Assembly: GCA_013265495.1 (NCBI GenBank)
Contig: MU058384.1
Location: forward strand, 4,708,792 to 4,772,791
DNA length: 64,000 bases
Source of the DNA: Vicugna vicugna
Lineage: Eukaryota
Direction of reading: 5' to 3'
In this document: positions 51,151 through 64,000 of the stretch, one piece after another
Position numbering within the stretch: the stretch's first letter is position 1
Layout of the letters: every line of letters begins with the position of its first letter
Notes under the pieces: generated by a model
What the model was told of the DNA's origin: nothing
Seen by the model: only the letters and a program-made list of their open reading frames with translations
Database searches by the model: none
Position numbers and translations under genes: made by a program

Positions 51151-51666
51151 AGAATTGTTGTTAAACTGGAACACCTGTTACTTAATAGTTTTATTCATTC
51201 CCTGATCATTTATTGAGTTCCTACCAGGTCTCAGACGTCATGCCAACTGTATATATTAGAATATAGGTATTTTTCTAGGAATATAAAATAGGTTATATAT
51301 GTTAACAAAGGTGAGCAATACAGATCATATTGGATAATTCAAATGATTTGTTTGGCTTTGAAGTTTTAGCCATGTACGCATGTACTGAGATGCTTGTTTC
51401 TTTTTGTTTTCAAATTCAGGTAGGTGGCAAAGGGAAATAAATCATCAAAAATAATTCAAAAGAATGAAGAATTCATTTAAATTTAATTGAGTTTTGATTG
51501 TATGCCTTTTTAAAAACTATTTGCTTTTGTTTAATTTTTTTTAACAAATACCTTTTAATAGCCCTCCAGTTCTTTGTTTTATTGGGGTATAGTTTCCCTA
51601 TTTCATAATATTTGTTTCTACCTTCGTGTAATATTGATATGTGAGTAACTTTATTTTTTTAAATAG

Positions 51667-51773
51667 GCCATCACATGTATTCAGGAGACTGCACAGGGGT
51701 GATTGTTGTTTGGAACACGTACGTCAAAGTTAATGATGTGCAACATTCAGTGCGCCACTGGAGTGTAAATAAG
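51667..51773 (+). CDS. AHI1: AHI1 coding exon 13 (107 nt; [35 protein letters not shown]), WD40
   Basis: aaatag acceptor, GTATAA donor. Confidence 0.95.
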
Positions 51774-54230
51774 GTATAAGGTCATTTCAAATTTGGGGAT
51801 TAAAGAAATTGGAAAAAATCAGATCGCATGACTTTAAAATAAGATGTCAACACATTCTGTTTACTCTTTTCAAAGAAATTAAGTTTTTCTCAGTCCCTGA
51901 AAAATCAGTTACCATTGATTATCATGTCTTCCTGATGGCTAATTGATAATATAGCACCTTAGTGAAAATTTTCTTCATTTTGGCCAGGTTTTACTTTTTT
52001 TTTTTTTTTGAGCCCTCATTTGCACAGTGATATTCAGGGATCCATTACTGAAATTTATGCAGAATGAGGTATATGTTATATACCAACTATATGTAATAAC
52101 ATATTTTCTGTTATTCATATTCTTTTTTTCTTGGTCCAATAACAACACTAAAAAATTGCTCAAGGTTTGTTAACAGTGCTATTTCTCAAAATTATGTAAG
52201 TATGAGGGGGAGTCTATCATTTAATCACAGTAATTATTTCATTTGAAATTTGCTAAATCAGCAGAAATGGATAATCTCATTTGGGGAGTAAGGTGTTTTT
52301 AATTTTTAAGATGGGTTTGTACTAAGCAATTTTGTTGGTGTGTATTTAGTATTTTTTAGTTAAAAATACAGAATAAATCATTAAACCTGAATTTGTTTTA
52401 TATAAATTGATACAGTTTTTGTCTTACATGCTATACTTCTGTTCAGTTTTTTTGTTCTTCATAATTGATTATAACAATTGTCCTCATTTGAAAAAAAGAC
52501 ACTCTATGTGAAAAAGAATTTCCATGAACTTTAGTTAAATCTATTGAGTCTATCAGATCTGTTTAAAAACCAGTCTAGTCTATTTTCAGCCGTTCTCATC
52601 TAGTCTGTCAGTTTAATGAATGATGGCTTAGGATTCATGTTGTAGCCTAATTTCACACACTTTGAAAAGAGCTTTCTGATTACTTATATACCTGAGGGAT
52701 TGGCAGGGCTCCAAAGACACTGTTGCTACTCATTTGAGTCTACAATACAGTGTCTGTTATTTGTATTAAAAATCATGTGTTTTCTTACCTCACTATAGTA
52801 ACCAAAAGGCACATATACCTTGGAAATCTGCAGCCTGGTGGTTACTTGAGATAGTCAAAAACAATAAGTTAAGAAATGAGCTGGGGTGTCTTTTTGGCAG
52901 CTGATGCCCTCATACAGACTGGAGACTGCCATTTCTTTCTTGGTTCTCTCCAACCAGTGGTGTAGAGAACTTATGCAAAGTTATGCTCATCCGTCCCACA
53001 GGGTGAAGTGTACACTTGCTGTTACACACACTCCCTGGTATTGGACATGGTCTTTAAAACTAGAACGTTTTTAGTTTAAGCATGAATATAATAAAGAAAA
53101 ATATGAAGGAAATCACTAACATATACTACAGACATTAAATCTGCCAGTACCTTTCTTAAATTTATACCTAACACTTAACTTGTTATGCAGCCTTGTTTTT
53201 GATTTTGCACATTTGCATGTGTGCAGGTGTTGCTCCAGTTACTCAAACCTCCAACAGTGCATCTCCACCCCCAAATTGGTGTAGTTTGGATCAGTGGAAT
53301 CCACATCTGTGGTGTCAGTGTTTGACTTTATTCTGTAACTTTTAAAAAGTATCTGACAGCAAGTTTTAGCATCAAACAGCAGTAGCAGAGGCTCAGCTGC
53401 TGATAGTAGGATGGTGGCAGTTTGTATTCCACTCGACTGGCACCAACCCACCTCTGAAGAGGAGACCCTCTAGAAGTGAGCAGAAATAATAAGGGAACTT
53501 CGAGGGATAAGGTGGCCAAAGTCAGTATTCTGCCTGCAGGTTAAAGCAGACCCTCTTTTGACTCGTCAGACTTTAGTCTAAGCAGTTTTGCATTTGCAAT
53601 GTTTTTATTTCTCCTGGTAATCCAAACTAGAAGGACTTTTGGAAATTCTTCTTATGCAAGCCTTGTGTAAGCAGATTCTCCTTCAGTGTTTTTGTCTTTC
53701 TTGACAACATTAGTCAGGTGTCTTGTATAGCTGCCTTATGTATAAAAAAAAAAAGCCTAAAATTACAATCTAAACTAAATGATTTCAGAGTAAGAACCAT
53801 ATAGTTTACCTTTTTCAGGACAAGTGGAAGTAAATGTATGAAGAAATAATCTAAGACTGACATAGAACTTGAAATCTAATCCTGTACTTTTGAATTTATA
53901 AAAATTAGAAAGTTTCTTATATGATGATAAACAGAAAATGTAGTGTTAGAAGATGTGTTTGTAGAAAGTGCTTCTTGTTTAGGAATATACTACAAAAACA
54001 CATACTAATTAAATATGACATTATGTAACAGCCAGAAATAGATCTTATCAGCTTTATTTTCATCCTTAACCTGAAGTTACTTGGAATAATTTTGCTAACA
54101 ATTTTAAAGCATCCTGAATTGTGTAATTGAAAATGTTGACTTAAAATTAAATTTGTGTACTTAAAAGGGCTTCACTTTAAACAGAATGTATGGTGGTAAT
54201 ATTTTGTAATCTTTTTAAAAATCATTTTAG

Positions 54231-54350
<120 letters not shown>

Positions 54351-54425
54351 TAAGTATATTTCAGTATTTATAGGTTAAACACTCATGGAATAAGTAACAA
54401 ATTAATTCACATTTATAAAATGCAG

Positions 54426-54615
54426 CCATGGTTCTCAACTAGGCAGTTTTGTTCCTCCGAGGCCTCTGGCAGTGTCTAGAGGCATTTTTGAATGTTTATT
54501 CCACTTGTCAGGTAGATAGAGCTCAGAGATGCTCCTAAGCATCTTGCAGTGCATAAGACAGCCCCCCACAACAGTTATCTGACCCTAAGTGTGAACAGTT
54601 CTGAGGCTGAGATGT
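54426..54615 (+). mobile_element. MER20-like hAT-Charlie element
   Basis: tggttctcaact..ctggcagtgtctagaggcatttttg..gagatgctcctaagcatcttgcagtgcataagacagccccccacaac. Confidence 0.8.
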
Positions 54616-56602
54616 AGTCAATTGCTTTTTATTTTCACAATAAAAAGGAAACAATAAAAAGAGTATCTTTTTTATCTCTCTGATATTGATATGGCATAAT
54701 ATTATGATCTATTATCATACCTGAATGAGAGGGCTTTTGATCAATACATCCTTGTTTTTCTTTTTGTTTTATTTCTAAATAAGGCAAATGAAGGGAAATA
54801 TCCTTAATGTAAAAGGCAGAAGCAGAGTTCTGGAAAAACCAGCATGGATTTCTTTTGTGTGCTTTTGTTTTGATGTTAAAAGTTCCTGTAAAACATTTGA
54901 GAGAAAGCTGTTTTATAAAATTTCACTCCTGTGTTTAGAAAGGAAAATGTGGTTTATTAGTTTATTCTGCAATTATCTTTTCAGGGCTAACCATCAAGCC
55001 ATTCAGTATTTATGTAGAACTGTTCAAGATACTGACATGGGTGCTGTGAGAGAATGAGAAGCAAAATTAGTTCATCAGGAGTTTATAATCTAGTTTGTAC
55101 CTCCAAAATAACATTCAGTTAGGCTACATTATGGAATCTTTGAGGACTAGAATCTGCTTATTCTTTTTTTCTGGACATAGTACTCACATCATACCTGGCA
55201 GATAGGAAGTACTCAATATGTATTTTTTAATGAATATAAATAAGTAATGTAAGAGTTGTATTTTTCATGGCAACAATAAAGCTGATAGCTATCCTATAGT
55301 CTTCTGTTAAGGGCTCTCTGGTCTTTGAGCTCAGTCTTGAAGGATAGGTAGAATTGAGACAAGATGGTGGTGTTCTCAGTGGGATGGAAAACATGAAAAA
55401 CCTGAAATAAAGTTCTAAGCTGGGATAACAGAAGTTGTGTTAAAGGCAGAGTGAGTCAGTCTATATGAGCCTAGGTTTCTTGCTAAGGAATGCTGAGAGA
55501 GAATCAAATAGAGATTAGAGCCAGATTTTAGAAGGCCAGGCCTATGGAGTTTGGTTATTCTCTAGTTAAGCAGTATAGTATTCCACTTGTGATCATGCTT
55601 TCGCTCTAGAGGAACACTGAGTATAGTCAGATACTGCCTTCTCCACCTCCCTGTGCCTCTCTTTCCTCACCACTCAAATGGAAGAAATAATATACCATCC
55701 TCATAGGTGTTTTATGGGGAATAAAGTTTATTATACATTTGAAGTACTTAAAACATAAATACAACAGAAGTATTTGACCTCGTAACCTTGGATTTAGGAA
55801 TTTATATTAAGAAAATAATTATAAAGCAGTGAAACAAATATGCAAGATTGTTCATAGAAATCATGTTCATGGTAAGAGAAAGCTGGAAATAACCCAAGTG
55901 TTATCCAACAATAGAAAATTTCTTAAGGTACATTTAGACAATGATATATGCCTATTAAAATGATAATGCATAATCTTTATTTTCTGACATGGAGGACCAT
56001 TATTTCTGATTCCTTGTTGATTGAAAAAAGAGGATAACAGAACAGTATATGTACTACCCTCCCTGTAAACCAGGGATGATAATAATACTTACCTGATGCA
56101 TAATAGGCACTAAAACACTGTTAGCTGTTATTATTATATGTAAGAAAAAAGTCTGAAAGATCATATACCATATTTAATAGATGACTCAGTAGTATATTTT
56201 CTCTAATATTTCTGCAAAGATCAAATATTCATTGTTTGGTTTTTAAAATTTAACACATGGAAAAAATATAAGATTATAAAAATTCTGTTTATTTTTTAGT
56301 AATCAATTCCAATACTGTTTACAAAGTAGTCTCTCTCTCCATAGCTAGAAATATCTCTCTTTTCCAAATCTGCAAAGAGCTCTTTCTGTTCTTCTTTTGT
56401 GATACTTTCTACATCCACTTTCTATTTTATGCTGATGCATTTCTTCTCTTTCCTGCTAAATTGTAAGCCCTCCTGAGCTCTGGGACTGTCTCTTCCTTAT
56501 TCTGCGTCTACCATAGAATGTATCCTACATAACAGATTCTCACAAATTGTTTGTTAAATGCAAATGAAGTATTTAAAAGTTTTTCTATCGCAAGTCTTTT
56601 AA

Positions 56603-56782
<180 letters not shown>

Positions 56783-58034
56783 TAATATTTCATTGAACTT
56801 TAAAATTTTATTTTGTTTTGTTTTTGGTGAAGTATAAAATCTACCATTTTATGGAATAATTTTCAAGAAACTTCTGATTTCACGTTCTCAGTTATGTTTT
56901 TCAAAATTGGAAACCCCATAATAAAATTCAGCTGCAGTGTGAATATATATTGAATTCTGATCTTTATTGTTTTGGTATTTTCACGGATTTAGAATTTCAC
57001 ATTATAATTCAAGGTTTATTCTTTCCTTGCCTGTAATGAGATATTGTCGGTCTTACAGAAGTATTTAATGAGGACTGTAACATAAAATACAGTGTTATAA
57101 ACTGAATTTAGAATATAACTAGATATACAGATGGTTAAACATCTACAATACATTTTTATTAGAAACAAACATATTCCTATCAGAATTTTGGATGTCTGAA
57201 ATGTGATAGCAATTTACCCAAATTACTGTAATTTAATTTTTTTTCAATGAAACAATTACATTGGGCAGTTCATTTGTGCTTCACCTTGTTTTTTTAAAGA
57301 AAAGCCAAAACTATATAAACTTTTTTTTTAGCAACAGGAAGAATTTTATGAAATTTACTTTAAAATTTCTTTAATGCACAGCATTTGATTTGATCCCACC
57401 TTTTTTATTTTCTTGATCTTTCCCTTTGGGCATTTTTAACTAATCAGTTCACTCAGGTTTTTTTTCTTCTTTTTTTTTTCTTACTGCATTTTGATACTTT
57501 AGCATCAATTCATAAGTGTTAAAACTCTTTTCCCCTGCAATCAGTGAAACTGGATTCTTTGCTTTCTGAGTTCTGACTTTCATAGGTTCCTTAAACTTCT
57601 GCTATAGGCCTCTTTTAGTCATTATAACCATATGTATTTAAAGCAGATGGTACCTCAAACAGTCTCTGGAAGAAATATAGAAAAATTAATTTCCCACTAA
57701 ACCTTCCCCAACCAGAGAGCTCCTTCAGTTTTAGTCCTGACATTCCTCCCCTCGTTCTCCCTGGAGTTCTTTGTTAGTTGGCGTTTGCTCAACTCTGTTA
57801 GTTCTCAGAGTCAGGTCTCTCTGCTTCCAAGTTCTTTGTCTTTATTTTGTGCCTTGAAAACCTTAGTGAAAAGGCTGGACTGAAAAGTAGCAAAAGAAGG
57901 GCCAATAGAATGAAAAATAAAGATAATTATTTAATATAGTGGTACTCAAATATAAGTATCTGAGGTTTTCATGTTAAATAATGTGAGCTTTATCATTACT
58001 TATTATAAGTATTTTTAATAAGTTTGCAGAATAA

Positions 58035-58247
<213 letters not shown>

Positions 58248-61200
58248 TGATAAGTGAAGAATATTTAGAGTAACCTTTACATTTTAGACTGAACCGTAAA
58301 TTATGAGCTCTGTAAAAACTATCATCCTTTGTATTAACAAAGCTCTCTTGAATATACTATAGAAGCCAAACAGCTTAAATAGATCATATTATTATTATAT
58401 TATAACATTTTATTTTTTCCAAGTGCTATTATTATGGAGTTTAAATATCATCAAAAGTACACATAATGGTTGTGCTCTAGTGTTGTAATCACAGAAAGGT
58501 AATTATCACTTTCTTTATAAATCAATTTAAATAAACAAAATTTACCTAAAAGTTATTTGGGAATATGGTAACTAAATTTAAAAGATAAGTAACATTTAGG
58601 AAATATGAATCTTTAATATTTATTGTTGTGTATTGAGTGAATTTCTTACTCTATGTATTTCTTTTTTACTATGTGCAGAGTTTAAGTAAGTTGTAGTTTT
58701 GAGAGTTTTTTAACATAAAAAAGGCAAAAAGTCAAGTGTCAATGAAAATGAGATCTAGAATTAGAAATCTAATGTCTTTTTCTACACTGAGATTACACTA
58801 TTCTATTATTTGGGGAAATAATAAGAAAATAAAGACTTTGGACACATTTTTCAGGAATAGTATGGCATTCTTAGAATTATTTGGATTTATGCTATTTTTC
58901 ATATATTTCTTTAATTTCTGTCCTGAAATTAGGATTTCATTGTTCTGCATCGTACCGGTAGTGCTGTCACTCTCAAAATTGCAGTTCCATCTTCTTCATA
59001 CATAAATTCTTTTACAGAAATGAAGGTTTTTTTACTAGTCTCTGGTTTGTTTGGGATATCATGTATATCATTCACTGTCTTTGCTAAGTTGGCTTAGGCA
59101 CAATGTCATAAATGCATAAATATACGAATATGTATGTAGGTTATACTGCTGTGGGACTATTTGGACAGAATGTCTTAAATCAATGAAATGTGAGTGGCTA
59201 AGCCTATTGCATTAATACAGAGTGAATGGTTAATGTTTGTGACAAGTTGTTAGACAGTTGAGTTAAGTTCTAAATCTGAAGTCTTAATCATAATGTGGAT
59301 TTTATTCTGCCTTTATAGGTGAATTATATTTGAAAATAATGTGTAAAATTGAGATTTATCTTGTTTTAAAGAATTTGACAAAGCAGAAATAATGAATTTC
59401 TCTAACACACATTCAGATTTACAGAACACTGTTGCTCACGATGAAATTGTTAAACAACACAATACCACTTACTATTATAAAACAATCTGGCAGAATTTAA
59501 ACACTGCCTGATTATAGGAAGAGACAAGTGAATTTCTCAAATCACCCTATGTCCAAATCTGTTGTTTAATTCAAACATATATCCTGAAGCAGCTCTTTCT
59601 TTCGTCTACTTTAAATCTTCGTATAAAGGAGGAGAGTTATACCTAAGTACTTTATAACTGGATCTGTTACACAGCAAAGAGGCGCACTGTTATTCCCTCG
59701 GCCTCTTAAGAAGGTTTACAACAGGTTTCATTTAAACTCTAATTTACTTTTTAGGCTTTTGAAAATTTCACTACAAATGCAAGTTAAAGTTCCACTCATC
59801 CTTTTTTCTTCAGTTTACTTTTTGTCTTTGATAGAAGGAGTTCATCATTAGATTAGCCCAGTTAAGTTTGCCCATTTGGTTTTTAGACAGTAGATATTTA
59901 GACTAAGAAGTCCATTCTAGAAGCGTAAATAGAAAGAGCCAAGTGTTTTAGGAGTTCAGAAACATTGGTTTTAGGCTCAGTTCTGTTTCCTTAGTGACCT
60001 TGTGCAAGCCTCTGGCCTTCCCTCTCTAGTAGATGGTACTGCTACCAATACCTGTCCTAAGAGAGTTATTGTGAGCGTACTGTGAGACAGGGACTGTGAA
60101 AATACTTTGTAAATTTGATAAGCATTATATTAAAACAAACAAACAAGATAAAATGGGTTGTTACCATGCCCCAGCCAGTATACACTTGAATTTATGGAAA
60201 CATATGTTTTAGTATGCCGATAAGCATCTCTGTATGGAATAAAATTGAAAAAAGTTTTTTTTCCCCTTTTACTCTTTCTGTTGGTCAGCCTTTCCCTTTT
60301 GTTTACTAGAGTGTGTACCCTTCTAGGTCAGTTGTGTTAGAAAGTAAATGCATAAAGCTAAGAACATTATGTTATGTCTACACTGTCTTAATGTAGAGGA
60401 AGGATTTCCATGAATATTTAAGAAGTTTAAATATTCAAATAATATATATTTAAAAATTATTTTGTACAGTGTATTTAGAATACAGTTTTTGCTATACTAA
60501 CACATGTTTACAAACAAAACTCAAAATGTTTCAACACATTTTCCCAACTCTTTGCTGCTTACTTGTAAAAAGCAGCAGCTTAGGAAGAAGTTATGTAATC
60601 TCAAGCAGTGCAAGATTTAGCACAGTTTTTGTAAATGGTATATAACCATGAAAAAAATGAAACATTGTTTCAGTCTTTAAAATATTTTACTCATTACATA
60701 CAGACCAGAATCATGAAGTCACAGAGTCTTTAAATTTTTCATTGAAAAGTGTAACATTTGTTACTGACCCATTATCTCTTTGCCTTTTATTTTATTTATT
60801 TTTTACCACAGTAGTATTTTGCTCAAACTTTCTTGTCTGAAAATAAAGTTTTACATGTAGCTTTACATAAATGTTTTAGTGGTATAAAAATTGAAAGATA
60901 CGAAACAGTTAACATGATTTTTAAAATTGTGTTTATCAGAGCTGCTGATACATTTTGGCAATTTTCAAGGAAAATGGAGCAAGCTCATTTTTTTTACTTT
61001 TATCAGTTAAATAAGCTGCAAATGAGACCACAGTGGTAACTGAATGTATCATCCATCTTTCAGTTCTAGCAAAATCTGTGAAGAGTCAGCAAGCGTCTTT
61101 CCCTGTTAAGCATGTGTTCAGGTTGTGGTCTTTTAAGTCTTTCATTCTACTGACTTTTTGCTTTTTTTGGTAAGAAATATGATTTTTACTTTCAGAAGGC

Positions 61201-64000
61201 AGTTTTATTTGCCTGATGTTGAAAGGGTTAATCATCTAGTAATACAAAATTTAGTCACAGAGTACCACAAATAATGTACTTTTAGGATTCCCATAATAAC
61301 AGAGTACTAGTCAGAGAAACGGCTTCTACTGACTTAAATTTATGAAGCTAGACTTTAGCAGTTAATGTTCTGTTATTAATATTTGTCTGCCTCAACCTCT
61401 AGAATCCTGTACTATATTTAATAATAATCATAGCTAATACTTACAAAGAACTTTCCATATTTCTGGTACTGTTTTAAGCACTTTACGTATATTTAAGTTT
61501 TCACAGTGATCTTATGAAATAGATATTATAATTATCCCCATTTTATGGGAGCCAGGACTTGGATCTATACAGTCTAGACTTGCAGTCCATACTTTCATTT
61601 GCTACAGTGAACTGCCTTTTAAACAGATTTCCTGAAATATTAGCTTTTAATTGTCTGATATGCAAGCCTTTTTTTTTTCCTACAAAACCATTTGCTGTAT
61701 GCCTCTCTGTGGAGTCTGTGACTTCTTTGTATTATCTATATTTTGTGGAAAGTAGAGATGGAGGCTTACCTAGCTTTAATTACTAGTACCTCGTCTGAAT
61801 ACTGATATGTATTGAATATATATGTAGTATTGTGAGTAGATTCAAGTCTTAATTTGAAAAGTTCTCAGTATTACTTGATAATCCTAGGTAATGAGCCCAA
61901 TTTTTTCACTAGGTGGCAGTATCTCCTCTGAATCAGTATTAACTCGGGCGTGCTTTTCAGTCGTTGTGTCTTAGGTAAAACAAATCTTTACTGAGCATCT
62001 ATTGTGTGCCAAGTTGAACACGGCTGTGAAACCCAGGCATCAGAACAATGCTCTTTTCCAACCTTTTGTGCTTCCTAAGTAGTTGGTAAACCTCTAGAAA
62101 AATTTTAGTTAAACTGAAAAGCAATCTACCATTGACACAAAACATAATTTTATTTATAGAATCCATGTTCGTTAATGACTACCTGCATTGTCATTGTTGA
62201 GAGCCTTATTTTTTACATTGTGATGTGTTTTTCTGGAGTTCAGGGCAATATGTACCTTTACAGTCCTATAAAAATGTTACATAATTTGCTCAGTAACAAA
62301 AAGCCCATGGTGTTTATAAGGCCCTCTGTCTAACATACTACTTTTCTATGACTGATGTGCAATAAATATTTGAAATAATAATTAAAAATCCCATAGAATA
62401 GCATTTTCCTTTACATTTTATAAAAATATAGAATAAAAGGCATGATCTGTTAGTAAATGTGGGAGTAATAATAGTCGTAGTAGTAGCAGCTGACATTTAT
62501 CAAGTACTTATGCTAGTAAGCATGTGCTTATTCAGTATCCCCTACTCTCATGAGCATTTTACATACAGTGTCTCGTACAGTCCTCCCAAATCCCCACAAG
62601 GCGAGATGCCATTATTATCCTCATTTTGCAGATGATAAAACTGAGGCACAGGGAGAATGAAGTAATTTGCCTGAGGTCACACAGTTGGTAAGTGATAAAG
62701 CTAACCAGCCTGTCTGACTCCAGGGCCATGCTCTTAAACATTCAGCTGTCTGTCACAGCTACTTATTTAGTCTTTCATTTCCTATTTCATGAAGTAACTT
62801 AAAAAGGTAGCCACATGTACCTGTGGTGACTTGTAGTGTTTGTTTTCATTTTTAATATGTAGGAAGACCCTTTAAGATTAAAAGGAACTTTAGTTATTTA
62901 GTATCATTATTGATTGTTCACTTTTTTACAAATGTTGGGGGTAATTATAATGCATTAAGCCATTATATTTTTAATGTAGTCCAAAATATGAGTTTTCTTT
63001 ATTATGTAGTATTAAATTTTAATGTAACTACTTTTATAATATTTTTGCAATAAGATAATGTCTAGTTGAAATAAATTTGATATTTTAGTTGTATGTGTAA
63101 TTTAATAGTGTTCTCGAAGTACTAATTGTGAGTGATTCAAAAGTAAACTCAGATATTATAATCCTCATGCTTAGATAAGATTATGCAGTAACATGTATAA
63201 CTGATTGTAGGTCAGAGTTTTAGATGCCCATCATTAGCCTAGTAGGATAAATTAAGAGATAGAAATGCCAAGTTTTAAGACATACTGAAACTACCTATTT
63301 CTTGGTCATTTCCTGAAATATCTATTCTAATATTCCACACATGATGTATACCTCTGATTGAAAGCTGTGTCATTCAAGGATTTAGGACATATGGAAAATG
63401 GCTTAATGGCTTGAGCACAAACTAGAGCCCTGAATTCCTCATCCAGGCATTTTCTTATGCTTATATTGGTGCTTTTTAAAGTGCCCCAGGAAGAAAGGAT
63501 GGTACTGTGCAAAATAGACAACAGTGTGGTGGGAAAGACTGAAGTAGGAGTTAGAGCGTTGGGATTCTAGACAAAATGCCATCACTTTCTTTTTGACCCT
63601 GCTTAAAAAAAATTTAGCATTTCTACATCTGTTTTTTTCCCCTGAAAAATGGAAAAATACTTGTTCTATTTTATTGTAATGTTTTTATCAAAGGACAAAG
63701 TGAAACTATAAAGCAAGGCATGGAGTAGAGATATGTGAGCCAGGCTGCAGTAGGGAAATCCTAGCCATTTTCTGTAGCAGTGTATATGTTGTACACTTTC
63801 AGTTGAATAGCATGATGTGTGATAACTGACTGATGATGGGAGAGGAAATCAACAAAAGTACAATCCAGGTACTTCAGGGGAGTTTATTACATTTTGATGT
63901 TCAACTAGTAGATGTGCTGAATGATGGAAGATGCTCTCCCATTTGGTTGTCTATGAGACATGAATCTTTTACACTTTCTTGTGTAGCTTTTTGAGCAGTT

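Noticed and set aside
52860..53700. GC-richer intronic patch with short ORFs
   Set aside because: No recognisable protein, RNA motif or repeat boundaries; I cannot support any call without a search.

Overview
Mammalian genomic DNA, AT-rich and intron-dominated. The window holds the promoter and the 5' part of AHI1 (Jouberin, a ciliary transition-zone WD40/SH3 protein and Joubert syndrome gene) on the + strand. A CpG-island promoter (~5300-6300) carries an RFX X-box, a perfect CRE and GC boxes. I resolved 16 coding exons (11040-58233) with GT-AG boundaries and consistent phases. They give an uninterrupted 2710-nt frame (903 codons + 1 nt) covering the N-terminal coiled-coil/charged region and the WD40 repeats; the SH3 exons lie beyond the window. 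Introns contain old eutherian repeats (L1, L2, MIR, CR1/L3, MaLR LTRs, hAT MERs, a probable RTE remnant) and two younger L1 3' ends. Those L1 ends, plus the apparent lack of Alu/B1/Bov/PRE/Can SINEs, tentatively suggest a camelid-like cetartiodactyl. I found no new biological system. The findings are modest gene-structure, regulatory and repeat observations. Comparisons to human AHI1 and to repeat families are from recall, not database searches.
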